Of a stretch of DNA of 64,000 bases, positions 1 to 20,930 are shown piece after piece (position 1 is the stretch's first letter; each line of letters begins with the position of its first letter). Made by a program: the position numbers and the translations under genes. Below the pieces are notes generated by a model that did not search any database, had not been told where the DNA came from, and saw only the letters and a list, made by a program, of their open reading frames with translations. Source of the stretch: the human T2T-CHM13v2.0 reference genome, Homo sapiens; NCBI RefSeq assembly GCF_009914755.1, contig NC_060926.1; one strand, 5' to 3'.

Positions 1-934
1 TCTCTTGATAATGGGCAATTTGTCATAGTCGTTGATATTGTTTGTGTGTACTGTATAATAATACATTGAATGTAGGCATCATGGCTAAAGAAAAATTGAG
101 AGTGAGGTAAATCTACAACAGGAAATGGGCACATTTCTTATGTCAGTTCGTTAATATGGAGGTGAGGTCACTCTAAGTAGTAGTTGAACTCAGTTGGATG
201 TGGTTGTGACTCTAATTACCTTTGATTCACCATAGACTTCAAATTCCTCCAGTCATAGACTACTACTACCTTGTGCTTAGGTTGAGGCACCTAGGGTGCT
301 GGAGGGTTTTAACAGTATTTCTGCTCCATCCCACCTTTTAGCAGACCTTTCATCCCCATGCCACAGAGTGGGTCTCCGTTCAGTATCTTTCCCCTTTCCC
401 AGAGAATATACTGCCTGCATTAGCTTTTTTCTAGGTACAAGGCTTTTGCAGGTGCCAGGGGATTTTTAGTTTCTTGTTTTAGCATTCTCATCCTTCCTTC
501 CTCTCTCATCATGACAGCCAAGATCTGCCTTGCTTTTTCATCAGTGCAAGATCATGTGCTTAAGTAACTTTTCTATTCCATTCTTAGTGATATACAGCAT
601 TTCTCATCTACTCCTACTCCAAACTGGTATCAGGGGTGTATGGAGGTTGCCTGCTTCTCTCTTAGTGGCAACACCTCCTTTATTTTCACGTGAGGAAAGG
701 ATTCAGAACAGGGCTAGACATTGCACCTTTCCCTCAACAGCAACCAATCATATCTACATTCCTGTATCACCAAAGAATTTGCCATGCTTCCAGTCCTACT
801 CAGGAGCACCTGGTTAGGGCCCATGGACAAGCACTGGTGAGTGTTTGCAGATTCTCCTTTGTATGGGGTTTCCGTGGGTTCTCAACTACCACGCTGGCCT
901 ATTGGGCCTTTAAGTATTTTTTAAATGTTCAATT

Positions 935-1559
935 TGCATTAGTCAGGATTACCAAAAAAAGAGGACCAATAGGATGTATATAAAATGATTTATTATAAGG
1001 AATTGGCTTATGTGATTATGGGCACTGAGAAGTCCAAACCCAAGGGAGACAATGGTATAGATCCAGTCTGAGTCTGAAAGCCTGAGAAGCAGGAGAGCCA
1101 GTCATATCAGTTCCAGTGCCAGTCTGCGTCTGAAGGCAAAAGAAGACTGCTGTCCCACTTTGGAGGCATTTAGACAGATAGAAATAATTCTTTCTTAGCA
1201 CTTTATTCTATTTAGGCCTTCACAGATTATTTTTTGTGGTTTGTTGTTGTTGTTGTTTTAGTAGAGACAAGGTTTCACCATGTTGCAGGCTGGTCTCAAA
1301 TGCCTGACCTCAAGTGATCCACCCGCCTTGGCCTCCCAAAGTGCTGTGATTACAGGTGTGAGCCACTGCACTGGCCAGGCCTTCAGAGATTGCATGAGAC
1401 CCACCTTCATTGAGAAGAGCAATATGTTTTACTCAGTCTACTGATTCAAATGCTAATCTCATCCAGAAACACTCTCACAGACAGACTCAGAATAATGTTT
1501 AACGAATATCTGGGCACTCGTTGGCCTTGTTAATTTGGCACATAAAATTAACCATCACA
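935..1559 (-). mobile_element. MLT2-family (ERVL) solo LTR
   Basis: TG(c)ATTAGTCAGG...ACCAATAGGA...GGAATTGGCT...CATAAAATTAACCATCACA termini; 5-bp TSD caatt/cagtt. Confidence 0.85.
1229..1376 (-). mobile_element. Alu left monomer (AluS-like) inserted in MLT2
   Basis: Left arm only; 15-bp TSD aggccttca(c/g)agatt at 1214-1228 and 1377-1391. Confidence 0.9.
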
Positions 1560-4500
1560 CAGTTGTTTTCTTTTTATCTGATTTTATAGCTGCCATCTTT
1601 TTCTACTTTGTTCTGCCAAAGGCAAATTTAATGTGGCCCACCTCTCCTGGAGGGTCTTGACATCCTCTGAAATTCATTGTTCTTAGTTGCTTTGCAACCT
1701 CAACTATCTGATGAGTACAAATAAGACATAATTTTATAGATTAATTATTTTTATCATTAGAGTAGGAGCTTTTTATATCCAAAGTAGAAGCAGCTTTCCC
1801 AAATAGTCTTAACATTCAGGGTAAAAAACTTTTGAATCAAGTCATGTTCATTGAGCATCTGTCAGTTTGTTTGATTTTTTTCAATAACTGAAAAAAAATG
1901 AGTTAACAATGCAATGTCTCTAATCTTAATGCATTACAAATCTAGTTCATGGGATAGGATGGGACATATACTAAATAATACTGACAGTTTAGTGAGAATA
2001 AATTAATAATAATTTTATTTTAGCTAAGAGCCTACGTCACCAAGGCACATCACAATGTTCAAAAGTAACTATTCTGACTTCAAATTTTGCTTAAACCAAT
2101 TCTATGTTGCTCAATATTTAAAACAGTAGTACCACTTGCCTCATTACTCACTTTATGATATACTTTTATTTCTATATTTTTCACATGCAAAACATTTATA
2201 ATGGCATTTTTATCTTATTCCTGTTATTACTTTTAAGAATAAAATTGACCTTTTTTATTTTTTGAATGATCATGCTTGGCTCCTCTGAATGAAGCCATAG
2301 AATTTCATTCCTAAATTCTAACAAGCTAACACCATGCTTAACTAAATCTGTTCTTTTATGAAGAGTTTAGAGAACTAAAATATGATGGCCTTGAACAAGT
2401 TGTAAAGATATGCATCGTTTTCTTTGCTGAATAAAAGCATGGACATAGAAAGGTAGCTTGACAGCGATCGACAACATTTTTATATTAATGTTTCCCTCGT
2501 GGTAAACATAAAAACAGACCCACTTCCCACAATAAATATTATTTATGTATGACTATGTAAGAGTTTACTAAAATAACAATTTACTATTTTTGAAAATTAT
2601 GTTAGAGAGATCTAAATATTTCTTAATTTCAATTTTGCATTTTTTAATATCATATTATACAAATAACTTTTTAAAGTTTAGAATACAAACATATCTGTGG
2701 GACCCTGAAATGTTCAAACCCTCTTGACACAGTGCCTATAAATGTATTATTAACAAAATGATCTTACTCTCATCCTTTTAATCAAGGCCAGGAGTGATGG
2801 TAAAGACAGAAAAGGTGACAGAGGCCAAACCACTAGTGGCCACAGCTCCATAGTTTCTGGATAAAATAATTTATACACTAACACTAACAGAAATAACCCC
2901 ATTATACACCCTAAAGGGGAAAGGGTAGCTGTGTCAATAACGGATCATGCATGTTTATAGTTATTTAGATTCATGTAGTTAAACGTGATCATCTACAACT
3001 CATTTGTAATATGTTTGAAAAAACAGATGAAGACAGTATCATTGGAAACTTTTCATACTGATAGCTAAGTTCTGTACTTCTGCTACAAAGTTGAAAAATG
3101 TGTCCTAAAAGGCAAATATATAAAAACATTCCTGTGAGAAGGGATAGCAAATTGTTCCAAATCTATATAAACCTCGGCAGGTATAAATCCTGTAAAAGCT
3201 GAGCATTCCATTAACAATTTAGAGCATTCCATTAAACAATTCCAAATGTCATCAGAGTTTCTCCAACATATAAACCATATTTCTATCAAATTCTCCCCCA
3301 TTTTTGACTATTTGTTGTTGATGCTATTGGTGTGGATGCCAAACTGAAATCTGTAAGAATTAACCAAGACAAGTACCTTAAAAATTGAGTTCCCACTCCC
3401 CTATACAAAGCAATATGACCAGAAATGCCCGAGCATGAAAATTATTACAATTTTGATCTCTTGAGATTTTCTGGAATCTTGCTGAAAAGGAAACTGTTCT
3501 ATGAAACTGTTATTTTAAAGATCCATTTCAACTCCTCTGAAAATTATTAACTAAGAAGTAACAGCATCAAGTTAATTTTGTGGGCAGTGGCCAATTTCCA
3601 CTTGCTCTTCTCCCTCTGTTTTCCCTGCTACAAACAGTAAAAAGATGTCAGTGCAGTTGGCTATTCCCTAACAGTAAAATTCCCCTCCCATTCTAAACAG
3701 TTGAGCAGACTCTCAGTACAGAATAAACTATTGGTCATGGGTCAGAGCCCACAGTTCTTTGCTCTTTGTCTTATTAATTTTTAAAAATATATGTGATGAT
3801 CATCTCCTGAATTTCAATTTCCTGAAGACAATATGACAAATTTATTTTAACTATTCTGATGCAGAAAGCTAATTAAGTAAACTGGTTCAGCAACTGATCA
3901 TGTTTCACTAATTTCAACCATCTGCCTCAACATTTGTTCCTATGTGTACCAGCTTTCATAGCTTCTTTCCTCTAATAGCAATTAATGAAACTGTTAATAA
4001 GCTACATATATCATACACTGTTATAACAATTTACCAAAGGGTAGCATTATGAGACAAATTATATTTAACAATTGTAGAAAAATGACTCTGATTATCAAAT
4101 GTACAACATCAATTAGATTTTTTAAATTTATGCTTCTCAATTAATTATCTAATTAATTTGGTGCACATTCTATGTATAATTTGTAATTTTAAACTCCTGG
4201 TCAGATTTTGCCATCTATTTTTACATGCTGACTGCTTATATGAGGCACATATTAATGAAACATAACTTCCCTGCAAATTACTGAGCCTTGCTTTTATTTT
4301 CATTCATTGTGCTTTTTCATAAGCACTTTTTCAATTGTTGTGCAATGCATAAAAAGGCAAATTGTACTATTATCCAGTTTTTGCACTATATTCAAAGAAT
4401 GATATATGCACACACATATATAATAATTTTAATTTTAAATGAGGTTAATTTATAAATATCTTTTACAAATATCTTTTAAAAATAAAACAGTACACCAAAA

Positions 4501-5004
4501 ACCAAAAAATAAATGGCTTTTACGAAGTAAGTCCTATCTAATTTAAACTTCTACAATAGCATTATGGATCTGGTTACTCCTGTACAAATGAAAAATATAA
4601 AATATGATTTGACTTTGCCAAAGATTTGGTATTTATTTTCCTGGTACTTAAAAAAATTTAAAAAATGAACATTTCTTCAAAATATGTTTTATAAATACAC
4701 GGTATTGATGAGTAAGTGCTGAAAGCTCAACTCATCAATACTCTGTAGTTCTCTGTTTAGCCACTACTCTGTCCAAGGGTATGTGAGTGCACACACACTC
4801 ACTCATATTCAAAATCATAGTCTTCTCTATTGTAACCACTACATTTGCTTCGATAACCACATTTATGATATTATTATAGAGGAAAAAATCCTGGATATCA
4901 TGACATCCAGGACATTTTTACAAAGCTCCAAGATGTGGATGATTCTACACATTCTCCCCACCAATAAGTTGTGTGGACAGCATAGACCTAATCTAAGGAT
5001 TTTC

Positions 5005-5300
5005 AGCCTGGGCATGGTGGCTCACGTCTGTAATCCCAGCATTTTGGGAGTCTGAGGCGGGTGGATCACTTGTGATCAGGAGTTCAAAACCAGCCTGTCC
5101 AACATGATGAAACCCGTGACTACCAAAAATACAAAAATTAGCCGGGTGTGATGGCACATGACTGTGGTCTCAGCTAATTGGGAGGCTGAGATGAGAGGGT
5201 CACTTGAACTGGGAGGCAGAGGTTGCAGTGAGCATATGGCACACCTGCACCCAGCCTGGGTGACAGAGCAAGACTCTCTCTCCAAAAGAAAAAAAAAAAA
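5005..5300 (+). mobile_element. Alu (AluJ/S), full length
   Basis: Dimeric Alu with A-tail; TSD ctaaggat(t/c)ttc. Confidence 0.95.
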
Positions 5301-5772
5301 CCCTAAGGATCTTCAAAATGCTAATAAACAAGTACATATTGGTATGGTTTAGTTAGGAGCAAGGGTTGAAGGGGCACAATGAGATGCTAAGCAGTCTTGG
5401 TTCCCTTGTGTTTTGCATATTTTTACACAGCAAAGAAATTTCTATTGAAACTATTACTACTTTACTATTGTTATAAAAAGAGAATTGAGATAACCCAAAG
5501 AATAATAATCAAAATAATGCAAATGACAAGAATGAGATTCTTGGAAGAATGAGGAAAAAGGAATTGCTAAAAACATTAAGCAAAAATGACAGAATAGTTT
5601 GTCCTCCTTTAAACCTGCCCCAATTTTATTGTATAAATAACTTACATTTTACAATGGATACACTATATCTTAATTAAAATAATCAGTTTGAAAATACCCT
5701 AAACCAAAGAAGCAATAAAAATACTGAGAAACCCTGCCTTCTTCAAATCACAGGAGAATAATTCCACCCAGC

Positions 5773-5945
5773 TATCTTAGTCTGATTTATTGTCACTAAG
5801 CAGAATGCCACATACTGGGTAATTTAGAAACAGTAGAAGTTTATTTGGCTCATAGTTCTGCAAGCTGGGAAATCCATGATCAAGGGGTCATCTGGTGAGG
5901 GCCTTCTTGCTGCATTATTCCATGGTGAAAGGGCAGAAAGGCTGT
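5773..5945 (-). mobile_element. MST/MLT1A-like MaLR LTR fragment
   Basis: tatcttagtctg...gtttatttggctcatagttctg...catctggtgagggccttcttgctgc, typical of MaLR LTRs. Confidence 0.75.
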
Positions 5946-6577
5946 GAATTCCCTTGCAGCCACGGCAAAAAGAAGACGACAAAAATAATGGTTTCTACTA
6001 CTTTTTCTTTTCAGAATCCTGAGACGAGAACCTCTTGTGGTGAGAAGCACCAACAATCACCACAGAGGGTCCCCAAATTAGCTACTACTCTAGGGAGAAC
6101 TAACTCCTGAGGTAATCTCAATTCTGGCTCCATTCCCCTTACCTAAAATAGTCTCTCAACTTTGACCTTGATAACACTGGCAGCAGATAAAGATGAAGAC
6201 ACACATCACAAATTCAACAAGTACCACTCACTGACTGGTAATGGGAAATTTGGTCTTAAAGGTTCCGTAGACCAGAGATATCTAACTCTGCAGGCTTCCT
6301 ATGAATAAACACCCCATATCCTACCCTCTCTTTGACTACCACTCTAAACGTGGCCACTCAGCAGCCATCTTCCTTTGTAAAGGTGAAGCAGAAAAGTTCC
6401 AATGAGAAAAGTCATTGACAACTTTGCTTATTGGTAGTACACTAGTCATTTTTCAACCAAGCCTTCAAAGACTCAAATGTATTATCTTGAATACAAAGAG
6501 CAAAATCTAATATCTCTAACATTTTCAGGAAAATCAACTGTTTAGTATAGGGTTCTTTTTCTCTTTTAATAATGTCA

Positions 6578-6949
<372 letters not shown>

Positions 6950-7872
6950 TAATTATTTAGGCTGTAATAACAACTTGAGTTATTTTTTGATTATTAGTGA
7001 ACTGTTTATAATGAAATAATTCCCTAATAATTCACAAGACATGTAGAACCCTTTCCTCTGATAAATTGTCCCTAATATGCTTCTCTTTTGCATAGAGTCC
7101 TTTGTCCTTCCTCTAAATTGGCTGTTATTTCTCACCATTGTCAATATGTTACTGCTTCTCATCTGCTCCCTTACTCTATGTACAATTGTCTGGGTAAGGT
7201 TTTGAAAGTGTGCCAACCTCTTCTCTGGAGTAAGCTCTGGACTGTCATTTATCATTTAGAGGGCTTTTTCATTTACTCCCTGGTTCACAATTTGGTTTCG
7301 CACCACAAACTAAAATCTGCCTTCTGGACCCATTGAGGTTCTCCATATTGTATATGTTATTGTTGTTTTCCCAGAGAGCATCATATGTTTAAAATAGATT
7401 GACTTGTGTTACCATAAATAAGAAATAAGAACTTGCCAGGAGTTTAATATATAGCCTAATGGCCTTAGAAAAATGCAAGCAGTTTTGACAAGTTTCGTTC
7501 TCATAGGCATTTTTGGTTTCCACCAAAAAATGACTTTTAAATAAGAAAAACATAGCTATTTCCATGGTGGCTAGCTCTGGCTCTTTAAATTAGGCCAACT
7601 CAAGTGCATACATATACTATAGATCCTTAAAGCAAGACTTAGGTATCCATCAGGGTTTATAGCTTTTATTGTGAACCTCCTCTTACTTATTCCCAATCTA
7701 TTCCTTCATTTTATTTCTACTAAGCCTCAATTTTCTGGATCTGTGACTCCTGACTTTATTTCTGCTTATGGTATTTGAGCTTCAGTTTTGCCAGTGAATC
7801 TGGTTTGGCTACTATTCCCATTTTTTACTCCATTGGTTACATCTGGTAGAAATCTCTTGCTACAGCCCCAGG

Positions 7873-7878
<6 letters not shown>

Positions 7879-7908
<30 letters not shown>
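7879..7908. repeat. (CA)n microsatellite
   Basis: Direct inspection. Confidence 0.95.
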
Positions 7909-7909
<1 letters not shown>

Positions 7910-10099
7910 CTAGTCACAGGAACCCATACATCTACCCTTCACTCTGTATTGAGAGAGTATTTAGACTCCCAATCTCAAGGTCGTTGTGCATTAGAGCAAG
8001 TTCAACACTTATTGATAGTTTGCATCAATAGGAGGCAAGTTATCCTATATCTTCTGGCAAAGTGAAAGGCATGTGAAATGGGAAAATGGAAAACATTATT
8101 TCATGACTTTTTTCTTTTTCACATGCATTTAACCACCTCAGGATTAAATGTGCAGAAATGTAATCAGAAACATGAATAGAAAGTTAGTGATTACTTAATA
8201 AGATTGTTTAACTTTTTCAAAATCATGAAAATTGCCAGCCACAATTTTTAACAATCTGCCAACTACTCCATAAGATAAAGCAACAGGATGTTGAAGAAGT
8301 CTTTTCCTATTGTCTTGGAAATTTTGCTGAAGTTCCAATAATGAAAACAGTAGGAAATAAGTACATTCACTTTCTGAACAAATCCAAACAAACAAACAAA
8401 CAAAGTAGATACACCTATGCTAGACTTAATTAAGATTATAGAAACTATCTAGTGATTCCATCAATCACACTGAACTATTTCCTGCCTATAGGAGAATTGG
8501 TAATAAATTAGAAAGGGAGATTGAAATAGATCATCCAGATAGAGAGTGCTGTGTCAATTCATTTTCTTTCCCCAAACTGTAAAGAAGAGAAAGGAACTGC
8601 TCCCCACCCACAAGCAAAGAAAGATTGGCATGCTTGCCAGTGAGACAAGCATTTAACTTTCCACATGAATATTTGCTAAGCTCTGACAATCTTGGAGAAC
8701 CAGAAGTGAGTGAGGTGATTAGGTGTTTGGACAGTTTGTAATGTGTCTTAGGGAGATTGGGAGCATATGAACAACGAGATTGACATCTGCTTCCTGCTTG
8801 GAAAATTTTGAAGGCAGCAATATGAGTGGAGTGTCAGAGATGGGCAGGGTAAGACCATTCAGCTGTAAGGTCAGCTTGTCCTTACAGCAGTTGGTGTGGT
8901 TAGAAATCCTAAGTCCCCTTAAGCCAAATGATCACTACTTACAATAGCTGGGCTCAAACCAAGTTGATGCGGTTTTGTCCAAGATGGCTGCCTTCTGCCT
9001 TGAGAAGCTCCAATATAAGTGGCTAAGTGGGTTGTTCCCCCAATGTCAGAAAGTAAAAGGGGTCAGGCAGAGCTCAGAGCTCATTGCTCTGTCATTGAAT
9101 GTGAGCAGGCTCTAAACAGAGTTTGTCATGTATGAGTGCAATCTCCTGGAGAAATCGTCATATGTTCTGGGCAAGAAGCAGATGACTGTTTGCCAAAGGG
9201 CTTTAAAAATTCTGAACATTCAGCATGAATTCATAGTGGATCATGAATGATTCTAAAATTTGTCTTAAAAAAAATTCCATGATAGTCTATGCTGCAAAAA
9301 CAGGTTTATTCTTAAAATAGCACCAAAAACCCTATGTTTGAGCATTCTAACAAATTTTATACTATCAATATTCTATGCCTGCGCAGTGGAAAGAAAGAAG
9401 GAAACGTGAGTAAGAAAGTCCTAAGTAATTTTTAACAATGATAAAGGAGCTTGATTTAATGTTAACAAATAGAGATGTTTCAAGTAATGACTTGGCCTTT
9501 TGAAAACACATTAAGGGGGGCTCCTGTGGTAATGTGGGCAATACTTACACAGTTAGACTATTACCACTAAAAGACAAGGACCTACCAGAAGTGCCCATCC
9601 TCACTTATCCACTGACAGTACAAAGATTGGGATTTACGCCATCATCAATCTAAATACTACAATTGATTGCTAAATGTGAATTTTTCCTCTCCTTTCTAAA
9701 AATAGCCCTCCTTATTGAATACAACAAATCCACTGAATAAATGAAAGACAAACCAAAATCTATTTTTGAACAAAAATTAAAAATAATACTCCTGAAGCTA
9801 AAGTGATTTTCAGTTTCAAATGCAAAAACAGAAAGATAGAAATAAACATGTACATTGTTTAGAAGAGGTGGAAAGATTTTGAATAAACAAGTGATTTAAT
9901 AAACCACATAGCTTCTAATCCTTTCAAAATCCACTGTTCCTTTTCTACACACAACTATGCCAAGTTAAATCCTTCTCAAATGTCACAGTTTTGATTTCTG
10001 AAATGATCTTATTTACAGATACCAAGTCATATCTTCTTGTTTTCAAAATCTTTTAAGTTTATTAGAACTACTATCAGTGAGTTTAAAAACAATTCCTGC

Positions 10100-10405
10100 G
10101 GCCAGGCGCAGTGCCTCATGCCTGTAATCCCAGCACTTTGGGAGGCTGAGGCAGGTGGATCATTTGAGGTCAGGAGTTTGAGACCAGCCTGACAACATGG
10201 CGGAACCCCGTCTCTACTGAAAATACAAAAATTAGCCAGGCCTGGTGGCGGGCGCCTGTAATCCCAGCTACTTGGGCGGCTGAGGCAGGAGAATCACTTG
10301 AACCTGAGAGGCGGACATTTCAGTGAGCCGAGATCACGCCATTGCACTCCAGCCTGGGCAACAAGAGCGAAACTCCATCTCAAAAAATCGAAAACAAACA
10401 AACAA
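10100..10405 (+). mobile_element. AluS, full length
   Basis: GGCCAGGCGCAGTG... with A/CAAA tail; TSD core aattcctg. Confidence 0.95.
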
Positions 10406-11565
10406 ATTCCTGGGATATCCAACTGAAAGACCAACAAGTGACCTTGAAATTAACCTTAGATCCAACAACTTAGAAAAATCAAGAGGGAATAAGATAAGTT
10501 ACATATTTTGGGGTTTTGTTTCTGTTTATCTCAGGATTTAACTGAATTCAGGATCTTTTAAAAACTCACATGTAGGGAGTTTCCTGCTTTTCTTCCTGGT
10601 TAAAAAAGAGACTAAAAAATGAAATTTAGTACTAGAACCATATCTTCTCATATTTTCATGTCTACTAAATCTATAGAGGGATGCTAAGTGATTAAAACAT
10701 ACTTCCATTTTCTGAATCCTAGAATTCAGTTTTAAAACATTTCAATGTTGGAGGAAAATAATATCAACCACATTTTAAATACAGGAGTCAAAGCAAGTAC
10801 TGTGTTTTTAAGTCTAGATTCCATTTAGGCATCTTTTTAAGCTAGTTAGGTATGTATGATAAGTAAGCATGGCCCAGCTATAGAAACACAACAAACCATG
10901 ATTGGACTAAAATAAGCTGCAGAGTGGTTTTGTTTCTCTCCCATGATCTGGCAGATCACATTGGGGAAGACTAGGTTGGGGGTGGCCATGACAGCTGACT
11001 CTCAGTCCTAACCCTTTGTAATGGAGGCATGATGGTTTTTCTGTCATCGTGTCCAAATGACAAAGGAAACAGCCAGAAAAATAAAACGTTTGCATCTGTT
11101 AAGTACCACCTACACCTGCCTACAGATCTTCATGACGCAGATTCAGAACAAAGTGCATATGTTACTAGGCAGAGGGGGCTGGGGTTCATAGCACGAATCC
11201 TATTGGCAGGGATGTATTTTAGTGAGTTGAATTATGCCTGTCTGATAAACAACATTTGGGTTCACCACAGGGAGGACTTGGAAAGAGAGGCTGTTCACAA
11301 GGAGATGCTGACACTTGGGGATAAAAAAGCGCTGAGGAAATATAACAGAACAAAATCCCATTTAACTACTGATGATGGCTTCTCCAGAATGAGGTTTTGC
11401 TGGTCATTACTATCCTGGAAAAAGTTACACAGATACTGATATTCCATTAAAAAAAAATAGACTCATTTTTTCAAATAACTATCACTATACCAATAGAATT
11501 CCACTGAAAAAGACATAAAACTTCCGGACAATTTTAAAGAAATTTGGGGTAAATTCCTCCCACAG

Positions 11566-12156
11566 ACTATAAACTACTTCAACCATTGTGGAAGACAGTG
11601 TGGTGGTTCCTCAGGGATCTAGAACTAGAAATACCATTTGACCCAGCCATCCCATTACTGGGTATATACCCAAAGGATTATAAATCATGCTGCTATAAAG
11701 ACACATGCACACGTATGTTTATTGGGGCACTATTCACAATAGCAAAGATTTGGAACCCACCCAAATGTCCAACAATGATAGACTGGATTAAGAAAATGTG
11801 GCATATATATACCATGGAATACTATGCAGCCATAAAAAATGATGAGTTCATGTCCTTTGTAGGGACATGGATGAAGCTGGAAACCATCATTCTCAGCAAA
11901 CTATCGCAAGAACAAAAAAAACAAACACTGCATGTTCTCACTCATAGGTGGGAATTGAACAATGAGAACACTTGGACATAGGAAGGGGAACATCACACAC
12001 TGGGGCCTGTTGTGGGGTAGGAGGATGGGGGAGGGATAGCATTAGGAGATATACCTAATGTAAATGACGAGTTGATGAGTGCAGCACACCAACATGGCAC
12101 ATGTATACATATGTAACAAACCTGCACGTTGTGCACATGTACCCTAGAACTTAAAG

Positions 12157-12212
<56 letters not shown>
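11566..12212 (+). mobile_element. L1PA (about PA4-5) 3' end: ORF2 C-terminus, 3'UTR and (TA)n tail
   Basis: ORF 11586-11981 matches the L1 ORF2 C-terminus ([28 protein letters not shown]); canonical 3'UTR ending cttaaagtataat; (TA)n at ~12158-12212. Confidence 0.95.
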
Positions 12213-12217
<5 letters not shown>

Positions 12218-12885
12218 TAAAAGCTGATCCACCATTATCAAGTAGGCTTCATCACAGGAATGCAAGATTGGTTCAACATATGCAAATCAATAAATGTGAT
12301 CACCTAAATAGAACTAAAACAAACACCACATGATTATTTCAATAGATGCAGAAAAGGCTTTCAATTAAATTCAATATCCCTTCATGTTAAAAACCCTCAA
12401 TAAACTGGGCATTGGAGGAACATACATCAAAATAATAAAGCCCATCTACGACAAACCCACAGTCAATATCATACTGAATGGGCAAAAGCTGAAAGCATTC
12501 CTCTTGAAAACCAGAACAAGACAAAGATGCCCTCTCTCACCACTCCTATTCAACGTAATACTGGAAGTCCCAGCCAGAGCAATCAGACAAGAGAAAAAAG
12601 AGGCATCCAAATAGGAAGAGAGGAAGTCAAACTATCACTATTTGCAGATGACATAATTCTATACCTAGAAAACCCCATAGTCTCTGCCCAAAAGCTCCTT
12701 CAGCTGATAAACAACTTCAGCAAAGTTCCAGTATACAAAATCAATGTACAAAAATTAGCAACATTCCTATACACCAACAACATCTAAGCAGAGAGGCAAA
12801 TCAGGAATGCAATCCCATTCACAACTGCCACAAAAAGAATAAAATATCTAGGAATACAGATACCTAGGGAGTTGAAAGAAAAAAA
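12218..12885 (+). mobile_element. Older L1P ORF2 reverse-transcriptase fragment
   Basis: Frameshifted ORFs 12384-12787 with [12 protein letters not shown] and LFADD motifs. Confidence 0.92.
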
Positions 12886-12959
12886 TAAGATTAAGAGTCA
12901 CCTCTGAGTTTGAAATTTTGGATTTAGCTAGATGAGTTAGCTAACACTCATATTTGAAG

Positions 12960-14190
12960 CTTATTTCAGACTCTACAGTGTAGTAGATATGCAATTTATA
13001 TATTTTTATCTTTTTAATTGGCCTTTTATTCAGTAATCTTGCTAAATTCACTTAAATTGTAATAATTTATTTATAGATGCCTGAGGATTTCTTAGTTATG
13101 CAGTTATATCTTCTGAAATGCAATGACAATTGTATTTTTTCCTTCCCAATTCTTGTAGTTCCTTTGTCTTGGTTGACTGTATCAGTTAGGCTCTTCAAGA
13201 CAGCATTGAAGAATATGTAGTAAATTTGCAGCCATATTGTTCCATTCTTCAAATCCAGATGAAAGTTTCTGGCATTCCCCATTAAGTATTATATTTCTGG
13301 ATGTTTTTGTAGATACCCATTATTAAATTAAGAACTCCCTTCTATTCACAGTTTGCTAAGATGTTTGATCATGAATGGGAATTGAATTCTAGTCTAAGCT
13401 TTTTCTGTATATATTGAGAAGACTATATGATTTTTCTTTTTTAATTTGTGAAGTCCACGGATTTTTATGATGATAAACCAATTTTGCATTCCTATAATAA
13501 GCCTAACTTAATCATGATGTATCATCCTTTTTGTGTATTGCCATTCCGGGTTTACTAATACTTTGTTTAGGGATTTTATATCTATGTTCCTGAGTAAGAT
13601 TGGCTTGTCAATTTTCTTACTCAAAATATTCTTAAGAAGTTTTCATTTCAAAGTTACGCTTGCCTCATGAAACAAGTTGAGGAATGTTTTCTTTTTATTT
13701 TCTAGTAGAATTGCTCTAAATTGATGTCTTTGTTCTTGTGGAAAGAAGAGATATTGTTTGATTGGTCAGCTTAGTTTGGTTTTATTTGGGTTAATTTGTT
13801 TACTTTTTGAATTCAGAATTCAATATTTTAATAGCAAAAGATATTGATGGTTTATACTCTTATTATTTCATATTAAAATTTTATATTAACACTCTTATTT
13901 CTTATTTCCATTCTTGCATCAGTTTTGGTAAGTTTTGATTTTTTAGAAATTTCTCAATGTCACCAAAATTTTCAAATGTATTACTGTAAGTCATTCATGA
14001 TATTCTCCTTCGATATTTTTTGTTTCTGAAGGGTCTATAATAATGTCATTTTTTCCATTTATTATATTTGTTATCTGTCCTCTTTTTTTCTTGATCATTT
14101 TACCAAACATTTACCCATTTTATTAGCCTTTTCAAGTTAATCTATTTTATTTGCCTGTTAGACTTCTGGCTTTGTCAATTTCTATATTTT
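12960..14190 (-). mobile_element. Ancient L1M ORF2 remnant (host element, resumes after 18466)
   Basis: Degenerate antisense L1 ORF2 sequence (e.g. ttgcattcctataataagcctaacttaatcatgatg). Confidence 0.7.
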
Positions 14191-14199
14191 TAAGAGAAG

Positions 14200-20930
<6,731 letters not shown>

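Larger units (their letters stand above)
150..1795 (-). mobile_element. Ancient L1M 5'-region remnant, interrupted by an MLT2 LTR
   Basis: Degenerate resemblance to old L1M 5'UTR consensus on both sides of the LTR; boundaries approximate. Confidence 0.45.

Noticed and set aside
6015-6111. Possible 97-nt cassette exon (ttttcttttcag...GAG|gtaatc)
   Set aside because: Weak donor, in-frame stop and no partner exons; such motifs are frequent by chance.
11029-11439. 136-aa ORF in unique sequence
   Set aside because: No recognisable homology, domain or exon structure; the length is compatible with chance in 64 kb.
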